From: Flavobacteriales bacterium
GTDB lineage: Bacteria > Pseudomonadota > Gammaproteobacteria > Enterobacterales > Alteromonadaceae
Assembly: GCA_051276225.1 (NCBI GenBank)
Contig: JBNMPD010000001.1
Span: 7,502-71,501 of the forward strand
DNA length: 64,000 nucleotides
Direction of reading: 5' to 3'
Part shown: piece after piece, positions 9,114-17,775 of the stretch
Layout: each line of letters begins with the position of its first letter
Position numbering within the stretch: the first letter of the stretch is position 1
The notes under the pieces: generated by a model
Databases searched by the model: none
Seen by the model: only the letters and a program-made list of their open reading frames with translations
What the model was told of the DNA's origin: nothing
Made by a program: the position numbers and the translations under genes

Positions 9114-10472
9114 ATGGATAAGATTTTGGTCGTCGATGACGATTTAGGGATACAAAAACAACTTAAGTGGAGCTTTTCAGGCTACGACGTTATTTTTGCG
9201 GAAGACAGAATTTCAGCAATTGCACAATTGAGACGTTTTGAACCTAAGGTTGTCACGCTAGATTTAGGCTTACCGCCCGATCCAAGTAATGCAACTGAAG
9301 GATTAGCCACTTTAGAAGAAATTTTGGTTTTAGCGCCACAAACTAAAGTCATAGTGGTAACCGGAAACAATGATAAATTAAATGCGTTGAAAGCGGTGAA
9401 TTTAGGTGCATATGACTTTTATCAAAAGCCAATAGACTCAGACACTATTCAAATTTTAGTTAGCCGTGCCATTAACCTTTTTAATTTGGAAATGGAAAAT
9501 CGCCATTTGGCAGAAGTGGCACCTTCAATGGACAAGATCATTGGTCAAAGTGAAGGTCTTCTAGCAGCCAGTAGAAAAGCGGAGCGTATCTCACAAACTG
9601 ATATCAGTACTTTATTGCTCGGCGAAAGCGGCACAGGTAAAGAGGTGTTTGCCCGCAGTATTCATGAACATAGTTTGCGTAAAGATAAGGCTTTTGTTGC
9701 TATTAACTGTGCTTCAATCCCAGAAAATTTACTAGAAAGCGAGCTTTTTGGTTATGAAAAAGGCGCATTTACTGGGGCCAATAAAACCACGCCAGGTAAA
9801 ATCGAATCAGCTCAGAATGGAACGCTGTTTTTGGACGAAATTGGTGATATGCCCATTGGTTTACAGGCTAAAATGCTGCGTTTTTTGCAAGAACGTGTCA
9901 TTGAGCGTGTAGGGGGGCGATCTGAAATACCGATAAATATTAGGGTGATTTGTGCCACCCATAGAGATATCCCAACAATGGTGGCAGATCAAACTTTTCG
10001 TGAAGATTTATTCTACAGAGTGGGCGAGATCAGTATCATAATTCCACCGCTTAGAGAGCGAGACAATGATGTGGTGTTATTGGCCAAAACCTTCTTGGCA
10101 CAATACAATAATGAATTTAAAACGAAGTTAAAAGGTTTCAGTGATTCAGCCATCAAAGCCATGAAACAACATAAATGGCCAGGCAATATTCGTGAACTTC
10201 AAAATAAACTTAAATCTGCAGTAATAATGGCTGAGGGCAGTCTTATTCAGGCGGAAGATTTAGGTTTATTGTTACGAGATGATGGTCCCATTATCGATAT
10301 CCTTAATTTACGAGAAGTCAGGGAAAATGCTGAAAGTCGGGCAATACGTAATGCTTTTCTGGTGGCAGAGCATAATATGTCAAAAACTGCTGAACTTTTA
10401 GGTGTTACTCGACCTACTTTGTATTCTCTTATTGAAAAATATCATTTAGACGATGTCAAAACTGGTGGATAG
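9114..10472 (+). CDS. prsR: PEP-CTERM-box sigma54-dependent response regulator PrsR
   Basis: Receiver with QLKW and LDLGLPPD; GESGTGKE; GAFTGA; C-terminal Fis HTH (RPTLY). Confidence 0.92.
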   Translation: MDKILVVDDDLGIQKQLKWSFSGYDVIFAEDRISAIAQLRRFEPKVVTLDLGLPPDPSNATEGLATLEEILVLAPQTKVIVVTGNNDKLNALKAVNLGAYDFYQKPIDSDTIQILVSRAINLFNLEMENRHLAEVAPSMDKIIGQSEGLLAASRKAERISQTDISTLLLGESGTGKEVFARSIHEHSLRKDKAFVAINCASIPENLLESELFGYEKGAFTGANKTTPGKIESAQNGTLFLDEIGDMPIGLQAKMLRFLQERVIERVGGRSEIPINIRVICATHRDIPTMVADQTFREDLFYRVGEISIIIPPLRERDNDVVLLAKTFLAQYNNEFKTKLKGFSDSAIKAMKQHKWPGNIRELQNKLKSAVIMAEGSLIQAEDLGLLLRDDGPIIDILNLREVRENAESRAIRNAFLVAEHNMSKTAELLGVTRPTLYSLIEKYHLDDVKTGG

Positions 10473-10524
10473 TTGTGTTAAAAAAACGCGTTGATTTTAT
10501 TTGACGAGTTGATTTTATAGTGCC

Positions 10525-10595
10525 GCGCAATGATGTTATTCATTGCGCTAAGGTGTTTGAAGCGCGAACCTAAAGTCTCACTGGTTGCGTGCTTC
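10525..10595 (+). other. Two tandem hairpins in the leader of the decayed DUF1566 operon
   Basis: GCGCAATGA/TCATTGCGC (9 bp) and GAAGCGCGAACC/GGTTGCGTGCTTC (12 bp, one bulge, one G-U); no U-tract on either strand. Confidence 0.55.
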
Positions 10596-10620
10596 TATGC
10601 TGTTTAGTCAGTCATTCACT

Positions 10621-11469
10621 ATGCAAAATAAATGGCGTATAGCGGGCAAAGTAACTTCACAGTTTTATCTACTATATTATTTTATAAGATTAACGATAGT
10701 TCATTTTCATGGCTGGCCATCATCACTTGTTGACTAATCTGTTGACGAACAGGCCACAGTGACTATAAGCGCTCAAACCAGCGTAGAAAGCATGTTTTGA
10801 GCTCCGCATGCAACAGTTACGTGACATTACTGATACCCAAGATGATGTTCGTTTGGGTATTGCAACATTTACCGTACCGACTGCTACCGATATATTGACT
10901 TACACGTTAACTGATGTTGTCACGGACGCCGACGACAATATAGGTAATGCAGTAGATGATGAAACTTCATTGTTGTGCTGTGTGCGAAATAACATTATGG
11001 GTTTGATTTGGGAGCTAAAAATAGCTACATTTATGACGATTTTGCACATGATAGGTAGCGCTATTTTTGGTATAAAAGTCATGAAGACTGAAACTTTGAT
11101 GGCGATGAAAGTGATATCGCAGCAAGTAGTTTTCTAAGTCATTGAAATATACAAAGCTTTATAGCTGAGGTTAACTGTAAACGTTTATGTGATTTTAGGG
11201 ATTGACACCTGCCTAAACACAACGAACTGTTATCACTATTACATCTTGATGAAGCTACTGCTCCTTTGATTGATGATGCTTACTTTCCTAACACGGCTAA
11301 TACGTTAACTTCATCTGTTTGGCATCGGACACCAGACTCAAGTGCCGATGGTTTTATTAATAAACAAGCTTAGAACGTGCGGGTCATTGATTTTTACTCG
11401 GGTAATGATAACTTTTTAAATAGATCAGAAGCGGGTAGTGTGCAATTAGTTATGGCAGGGTGATATTAA
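10621..11469 (+). pseudogene. PKD-like + DUF1566 (Lcl C-terminal) protein pseudogene
   Basis: SVDEQATVTISAQT; CVRNNIMGLIWELK; then one frame with stops: RYFWY...FIAEVNCKRLCDFRD*HLPKHNELLSLL...PLIDDAYFPNT...VIDFYSGNDNF...VQLV. ORF 10808-11137 is a fragment of it. Confidence 0.85.
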
Positions 11470-11473
11470 GAGC

Positions 11474-11740
11474 ATGATAAAATAAGAGTATTATATCTTT
11501 TGCACTTTTTTGTATCTTGAATGTATATAGGTCAAATTTGTTAATCAGACTATGCTTTCACTGTTAAAAATAGATGCATTTGTGAATAATAGTGACGCTA
11601 CTGCTAATGACTATTAGACATTCACTGCTTCTGTTGTTGATCCTGAATGTGCATGGGTGATTGCATTTTTTAATAGTAGCTATTCTCTAAAAAATAAACT
11701 GTTATTTGTTTATACCTACCTAGTTTTAACTGCAGACTAA
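11474..11740 (+). pseudogene. Second DUF1566 (Lcl) gene relic with a large internal deletion
   Basis: FVNNSDATAND (resembles FVDNGDGTVTD) joined directly to Y*TFTASVVDPECAWVIAFFNSSYSLKNKLLFVYTYLV. Confidence 0.72.
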
Positions 11741-11765
11741 CCTGAGTTTTGTCTGTCTTATCTGA
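11738..11765 (+). promoter_or_regulatory. Possible envelope-stress sigmaE (RpoE) promoter for yggN
   Basis: TAACCT-N17-TCTGA versus consensus GAACTT-N16/17-TCTGA; yggN is an RpoE target in E. coli. Confidence 0.3.
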
Positions 11766-11829
11766 TCTTGTATTGCAAAAATTGTGTTTAAAGGCAAACT
11801 ACAGGCGATATCACAAATGTTAGGAATTT

Positions 11830-12609
11830 ATGCGTTTTTTAGTTTTCTTTTCACTGTTATTAAATTTTAGTGTTCATGCTGGCATCGATTGTGAGGTGTC
11901 TCTTGATTACGGTGTCGTGGTGAGTGAGCAACAGATTAGAGTGATAGGGCACGGTGGACGAACAGTTTACCAAATTAACCATGCATCACAGCTTATCGTT
12001 CAAGGTGAATGGATTGACTTAGATGAGCAACAAGAGCGTGAAATTTCTGAATTGTCTGCCGGTATCCATCAAGTGGTGCCTAAAATGATTTTGTTAGCAA
12101 ACGAAGGTGTAGAGCTTGCCGTAGAGACTATAGAGCAAGTGTACGGCGGCTTAGTGAAAGATAATGAAAGTCAGAAAAAACTTCAAAAATCTCTCGAACG
12201 TGTACAAATGAGTGTCAAAGAAAAGTTTATCCGTGCTAATGACAACTTTTACATGGGCCCCGGAAGTCTGGAGCAAGTTAATGATTTGGTCGACCGTGAA
12301 TTGGAAGAACAGCTAGAAGAAGCAATGAGCACCTCTGTTGGTGGTATATTATCGGCCATCGGGGGATTGGTGGCCAATGAGGGCAGTGAAGAAAAAATTG
12401 CCGCCATAGCTAACCAGTTAGAAACAATAGGCGGAGAAATTAGTCAAACTGTAGGACCTAAAGCTCAAACTCTGAAGCTTAAGGCCCAGTGGTTTTGTAA
12501 TAAATTTGAAGAATTAGATAAAGCTGAAGATAGACTCAGAGCCTCAATTAAAGAGTTGAAGCCTTACAATGTATTGTTGACTGGCACCAATGCTTACCTT
12601 GATAAATAG
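11830..12609 (+). CDS. yggN: YggN / DUF2884 family periplasmic protein
   Basis: Signal peptide, N-terminal Cys, helical body, C-terminal Cys and IKELKPY; adjacent to hemW. Confidence 0.8.
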   Translation: MRFLVFFSLLLNFSVHAGIDCEVSLDYGVVVSEQQIRVIGHGGRTVYQINHASQLIVQGEWIDLDEQQEREISELSAGIHQVVPKMILLANEGVELAVETIEQVYGGLVKDNESQKKLQKSLERVQMSVKEKFIRANDNFYMGPGSLEQVNDLVDRELEEQLEEAMSTSVGGILSAIGGLVANEGSEEKIAAIANQLETIGGEISQTVGPKAQTLKLKAQWFCNKFEELDKAEDRLRASIKELKPYNVLLTGTNAYLDK

Positions 12610-12658
12610 CGCACTTTAATGAGATATGAGTATAACACTTAGATATTTTACGGTTCAG

Positions 12659-13819
12659 CTATACCAGCATTTCTAATAACGTATTTAGATAACGCCTACC
12701 TAATGGCGTGACTCGCCATTCGTCGCTTGATTCAACTAACAACCCTCGAGTTAACGCAATTTGAAGATTTTTTTTGGTACCGTCATCTAGGGGCATACCA
12801 GTAAAATCTGAATAATCAGACTTAGGGCATGGCTCCAGCAAACGGAAACGATTCATAAAAAACTCAAATGGCAAATCTTCACTAGGCACGACTTTTTTAT
12901 CACTCGTATAATGACGAGTTAAATCCATATAACCTTTTGGGTGTTTGACCTTAACCGTACGAACTATCTGATTTTTATTGGCTAGGGTGATTTTACCATG
13001 TGCGCCACAACCGATGCCTAAGTAATCACCAAAACGCCAATAATTCAAATTATGCTGACATTGTTGTCCCGCTTGACTGTATGCGGATATTTCGTATTGT
13101 TCAAATCCCGCTTGCTTAAGTAATTTATCACCTTGTTCTTGAATATCCCATAATAGCTCATCCTCAGGTAATTTAGGCGGTTTGGAATGAAACTGAGTAT
13201 TGGGTTCAATGGTTAATTGATACCAAGATAAGTGGGGCGGTTGTTGCGTTATGGCGGTGTTTAAATCAAACATAGCATCCTCTAACGATTGCTTAGGTAA
13301 GCCATGCATCAGGTCTAGATTAAAACTATTTAGGCCTATACTCTTGGCTAATTTCACCGCATTAAGTGCTTGATTCTCATCATGGATACGTCCAAGAGCG
13401 GTTAGTTTATCTGGTTGAAAACTTTGCACACCTATGGAGATGCGAGTAATGCCTGCTTTGATGTAATCAGCAAACCGCTGGGTCTCTACTGTGCCGGGAT
13501 TAGCTTCCATAGTAATTTCAGCATCGACTAACAAATTCACCCGTTTTTTCACCCCGTCTAAAAGAGTGTGAATAGCTTTTGCCGAAAACAAGCTCGGTGT
13601 GCCACCACCAATAAAAATACTGTGGATAGCTCTGTCGCCTACCAATTTAGCATCTTCAGTCAAGTCATCTAACAGGTGGCTGACATATTCAGTTTCAGGC
13701 AAAACCTGACCTTTTTGCCCGTGAGAATTAAAATCGCAATAAGGACATTTTTGTACACACCATGGAATATGAATATATAACGAAAGAGGCGGCAGCTTTA
13801 GTGAAAGTGGTTGTGACAA
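12659..13819 (-). CDS. hemW: Radical SAM heme chaperone HemW
   Basis: YIHIPWCVQKCPYCDFNSH; GGGTPS; HNLNYW. Confidence 0.95.
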   Translation of the reverse strand: MSQPLSLKLPPLSLYIHIPWCVQKCPYCDFNSHGQKGQVLPETEYVSHLLDDLTEDAKLVGDRAIHSIFIGGGTPSLFSAKAIHTLLDGVKKRVNLLVDAEITMEANPGTVETQRFADYIKAGITRISIGVQSFQPDKLTALGRIHDENQALNAVKLAKSIGLNSFNLDLMHGLPKQSLEDAMFDLNTAITQQPPHLSWYQLTIEPNTQFHSKPPKLPEDELLWDIQEQGDKLLKQAGFEQYEISAYSQAGQQCQHNLNYWRFGDYLGIGCGAHGKITLANKNQIVRTVKVKHPKGYMDLTRHYTSDKKVVPSEDLPFEFFMNRFRLLEPCPKSDYSDFTGMPLDDGTKKNLQIALTRGLLVESSDEWRVTPLGRRYLNTLLEMLV

Positions 13820-13823
13820 GTCT

Positions 13824-14426
13824 TTAACCTATTTGATTTTGAAGTTGAGCTAACAGCAGTTTTAAAGCCTTACCGCGGTGACTTAACATGTTTTTTTGTT
13901 CGGGGGACAACTGGGCTGAACTACAATTTTGTTCTTTAACCCAAAATATAGGGTCGTAACCAAAGCCATTTTCACCTTGCTGCACAGTCGTGATCTCGCC
14001 ACACCATTCACCTTGACAAATAATAGGCGTGGGATCATCAGCGTGTCGCATATACACTAATACACATAAGAACTTGGCTTGGCGTTTATCTTTTGGAACA
14101 TCCGCCATGGCATTAAGTAACTTGATAATATTACTTTTATCTGTTGATTGGTCTCCCGAATAACGGGCAGAATAAACGCCAGGTTCGCCACCAAGGGCAT
14201 ACACTGCCAAGCCGGAGTCATCAGCAATAGCGGGTAAACCTGTTTGCTTAGCAGCATGACGTGCTTTAATTATCGCATTTTCAACAAAAGTGGTGCCTGT
14301 TTCGGCTACTTCTGTCAGGTTAAATTCACTTTGTGGTAATACTTCAATACCTAAACCTGACAACAGTCCTGCAAGTTCTTGAACTTTACCTTTGTTGCCC
14401 GAAGCAAGGATTATTTTTTTACTCAC
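13824..14426 (-). CDS. rdgB: XTP/dITP diphosphatase
   Basis: [27 protein letters not shown]. Confidence 0.96.
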   Translation of the reverse strand: MSKKIILASGNKGKVQELAGLLSGLGIEVLPQSEFNLTEVAETGTTFVENAIIKARHAAKQTGLPAIADDSGLAVYALGGEPGVYSARYSGDQSTDKSNIIKLLNAMADVPKDKRQAKFLCVLVYMRHADDPTPIICQGEWCGEITTVQQGENGFGYDPIFWVKEQNCSSAQLSPEQKNMLSHRGKALKLLLAQLQNQIG

Positions 14427-14564
14427 ATGTTATCCTTTTATGATTATTACAATGTTGCTTGATTCAGCCAATACATTCGGCTTCTATGCTTGTAATCGAT
14501 TATAACAATTCTATTATTAGCCCATAAAAATTTGCCATATAATATCACTTTTTAAGGATGTAAA

Positions 14565-15611
14565 ATGAAATTCTCTGTGCTCGCTTTATCATTATTTTCG
14601 TGTGGTTTAATCGCACAACCTGACTCATCATCCAGTGTTGAATTGGTAGAAAGTATTATTCCCGCCAAACCTATCGAACGTGTTCCACCTAAATTCCCAA
14701 CCAAGGCGGCCCGAAATGGTAATGAAGGATGGGTAAAGCTAAGTTTTGTTGTGGATGAAAATGGTGCAGTGGTTGATCCTGTTATTGAGGACTCATCTGG
14801 CATTCGTGGTTTTGAGAAGGCTAGTCTGAGAGCGATTAAACAATGGCAATATTCTCCTGCTATCCGTAACGGAGAAAAAATCGAACAGTGTCGTAATAGT
14901 GTGCAACTGGATTTTATATTAGATAGAGGACCAAAGGGTGGAAGAAAACGATTTGTTAGGGAGTATAAAAATGCGGATGAGGCATTAAGAGCAGATAATA
15001 TCGTTTTAGCTGAACAACTTATTACCCAAATGGGTGAAGGTAAAATTTGGAATAGCTACGAAGACGCATGGTTTTGGATGCTGAAGTCTGAAATTGAAAA
15101 AGCACAAGGTCATGACAGTTCTCAATTAAGCAGTCTCAGACGAGCCATTTTTTCTAATAAAAGTAATGAGCATGTTGGTGATCAGTATTACCTTTATCTG
15201 TTGCATCAAAAGTTTATTTTGGAAATAAAAGCATCGTTATTTTCTGATGCTTTGCAGACATTTGCACACATTAGGCAACGTCCTGATAGCGAAAAAAAGG
15301 TTAAGGTATTAGAAAAATATGCCATTCAAGCTAGACAGGTCCTAAAAAGCGAAGACTTTATTGTTATTAAAGGAGAAATAGGTAACAACGGTGATTGGTG
15401 GCATTCTCTTAGTCGTAATCGTTTTATCTTTAGCGATATCATTGGCACATTAGATACAGTAGAACTGCGTTGTGCCAATAAAAGAGAAAAATACACCGTT
15501 GCGGAAGAGACTGAGTGGAAAATTCCTAAAAGTTGGGGGCGCTGCAAGATCATGGTGATAGGTGACACCCAAGCAAATTTCAATTTAGTTGAAATTCGCC
15601 AAGATGTTTAA
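14565..15611 (+). CDS. Exported protein with an N-terminal TonB C-terminal domain plus helical/TPR-like and beta domains
   Basis: PKFPTKAARNGNEGWVKLSFVVDENGAV...QWQYSPA directly after a signal peptide. Confidence 0.8.
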   Translation: MKFSVLALSLFSCGLIAQPDSSSSVELVESIIPAKPIERVPPKFPTKAARNGNEGWVKLSFVVDENGAVVDPVIEDSSGIRGFEKASLRAIKQWQYSPAIRNGEKIEQCRNSVQLDFILDRGPKGGRKRFVREYKNADEALRADNIVLAEQLITQMGEGKIWNSYEDAWFWMLKSEIEKAQGHDSSQLSSLRRAIFSNKSNEHVGDQYYLYLLHQKFILEIKASLFSDALQTFAHIRQRPDSEKKVKVLEKYAIQARQVLKSEDFIVIKGEIGNNGDWWHSLSRNRFIFSDIIGTLDTVELRCANKREKYTVAEETEWKIPKSWGRCKIMVIGDTQANFNLVEIRQDV

Positions 15612-15634
15612 CACACAACCCCGATAAATTAGGG

Positions 15635-16897
15635 TTAAGGGGTCTTTTTGCCTCGCCCTTTATTTTTACGCTTTTTGATTTTAGCGGTACGTTTGGCTTT
15701 AATGACTGCTTTTTTTGTCTTATTACTAATTTTTTTCTTAGCAGGTGGTTTAGCTTCTTTATTGGCAGGGCGCAATGCTGCAATCACCCTGCGTTTAAGC
15801 ACTTGCTCGGTATAACGTTCAATTTTTGGTACTACGCCAATATCGTGAGCTTCAACAATAGAAATAGCGGTGCCTTTGTTTCCGGCACGGCCTGTTCGAC
15901 CAATACGATGAACATATACATCAGCTGTGCGAGGCATATCGTAATTAATGACGTGACTAATATTCTCCACATCAATGCCACGCGCTGCCACGTCAGTGGC
16001 GATTAATATATTTACGTCGCCTGTACGGAAACGCTCCATCGCGGTATTACGTTTATCCTGTGGCATTTCACCTTGTAACCAGACGCAGTCAATATCGACA
16101 GATTGAAGCTGGCCAACTAATGTCGCTAAGCGTTCACGAGTTTTAACAAAAACGATGGCTGTTTCTACTTGTGTACTTAAAATGTGTATTAGTAATTCTA
16201 GTTTATGATTTGCATTATCTGCCAGATGTATCCACTGATGAATAATACCTTTCTCTTTTCTGCTTGAATCAGCTTCTAATTCAACAGGATCGTTGAGTAA
16301 CTCATCAGAAAAACGGGCAATACCGTTTCCTTCAAGGGTGGCTGAAAACAACATCGTTTGTTTACGCCAGCGCGCTTCTGCAGCAATTTGGTTTACAATA
16401 GGAGAAAAACCCATATCCAACATACGGTCAGCTTCATCTAAAATTAAACATTCGATATCACGACAATCAAAACTTTCTTTTTCTATATGATCAAATAAAC
16501 GGCCAGGTGTGGCGACTAAAATATCAAGATTTTGATCCAATAAATCATGGTCGGTACCATAGTTAATGCCACCCGTTATTACACCACATGTGATATGTGG
16601 CACATATTTACTAATCGCTTTAGCTTGCTCAAAAATTTGTAGGGCTAATTCGCGGGTAGGGGTAAGGATCAAAATTCGCGTCGAACCCGGTTGGCGTCTG
16701 GGGTAATCTAACAAAAACTGGCAAGCAGGTAATAAAAATGCAGCCGTTTTACCTGTGCCTGTAGGGGCAGAGGCTAATATATCTTTGCCATTCATAGCTT
16801 GAGGGATGACCAGAGATTGAATACTGGTGGGCTCTTTGTAACCTAAATCCGACACAGCGTGGATCAGATCATCATCTAGTTCTAGTTGTTCAAACAT
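15635..16897 (-). CDS. srmB: ATP-dependent RNA helicase SrmB
   Basis: APTGTGKT, PTRELA, DEAD, SAT, HRIGRTGRAG; Lys-rich tail; RWRKQTMLFSATLEG. Confidence 0.94.
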   Translation of the reverse strand: MFEQLELDDDLIHAVSDLGYKEPTSIQSLVIPQAMNGKDILASAPTGTGKTAAFLLPACQFLLDYPRRQPGSTRILILTPTRELALQIFEQAKAISKYVPHITCGVITGGINYGTDHDLLDQNLDILVATPGRLFDHIEKESFDCRDIECLILDEADRMLDMGFSPIVNQIAAEARWRKQTMLFSATLEGNGIARFSDELLNDPVELEADSSRKEKGIIHQWIHLADNANHKLELLIHILSTQVETAIVFVKTRERLATLVGQLQSVDIDCVWLQGEMPQDKRNTAMERFRTGDVNILIATDVAARGIDVENISHVINYDMPRTADVYVHRIGRTGRAGNKGTAISIVEAHDIGVVPKIERYTEQVLKRRVIAALRPANKEAKPPAKKKISNKTKKAVIKAKRTAKIKKRKNKGRGKKTP

Positions 16898-17096
16898 GTA
16901 TGCTTAAGCCTTGTTTTATCGTTGGCTTTGAAATTAGGGGGATTATAAAGGAGTGGCGATGTAAATGCTTATGCATTTTTAAAGAATGCATTACGCGCAT
17001 TGGTATCCCCTGTAGCAGCCGCATGCCTTGTTCAAATAAAATCCATTTGATCCACCTTTTTTTTGTTTTTGTAACCAACATTTGGCTAAAAATCAG

Positions 17097-17131
17097 GTAA
17101 TAACAGTAAGTAGTAACAGTAAGTAATAAAG
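17097..17131. repeat. 13-bp tandem repeat, about 2.5 copies
   Basis: GTAATAACAGTAA GTAGTAACAGTAA GTAATAAAG. Confidence 0.6.
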
Positions 17132-17775
17132 AGTCTTGAAAAAAAGTGCGAAAAAGGCTGTAAAGTTTGTTGCTCTTGAGCCCATTATAAGTGTGAAACT
17201 GGATTTTTTAGAAGCGCCACTTCGTCCATTCAAATAGCACAAGATGTCACCTGCATGGATGTAAAAAAGTAAAAAAAGCAGTCGTGCTGGACTCACGTTC
17301 ACACCTAGTAAACATTCACACTTGGCTGACGATTCATTTACTGGTATGTCAGGCTTTTTACACGGTAAACAAGTGTCGATAATTGTTGCTGTTTACGTGA
17401 CTAATTTGAAGTGATGACATCCGTTAGGAAGGCTTCTAATTAATTTCGGTGCTGCATCGCCAGACTCACTCTCACTGGCTTGGCATATTCTTTGAAAGAA
17501 CAGACAGTAAGTCTGTTACCGCTATTCGATACGTTAGAACACAATGAAAATTATAGACCTTTTCTTATCAATGCTGTGATACACATGTAACCTCAGAACA
17601 TACTCCATTGTGAAGGGTTTTAAAGTCAGTAGCTAATTATGAAGTAATCATAAAAATAGAAGGTTACAAAAATTGGCTATATGATTTATCTTATCTCTCG
17701 TTTCCTTACGTAGTCAGAACATTTCGTTAGCACATTCCAGTTAACACAACTTAGCATTAGGTACTCGATTTAAAT

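Noticed and set aside
10559-10595. c-di-GMP-I (GEMM) riboswitch
   Set aside because: Only a loose CCTAAA/P3 resemblance; the conserved GGCAAA...GNRA...GACGCAAA P2 arm is absent.
10621-11740. Diversity-generating retroelement acting on the DUF1566 genes
   Set aside because: Lcl/DUF1566 domains can be DGR targets, but no reverse transcriptase and no near-identical TR/VR pair differing at adenines is visible. The two C-termini resemble each other only at protein level.
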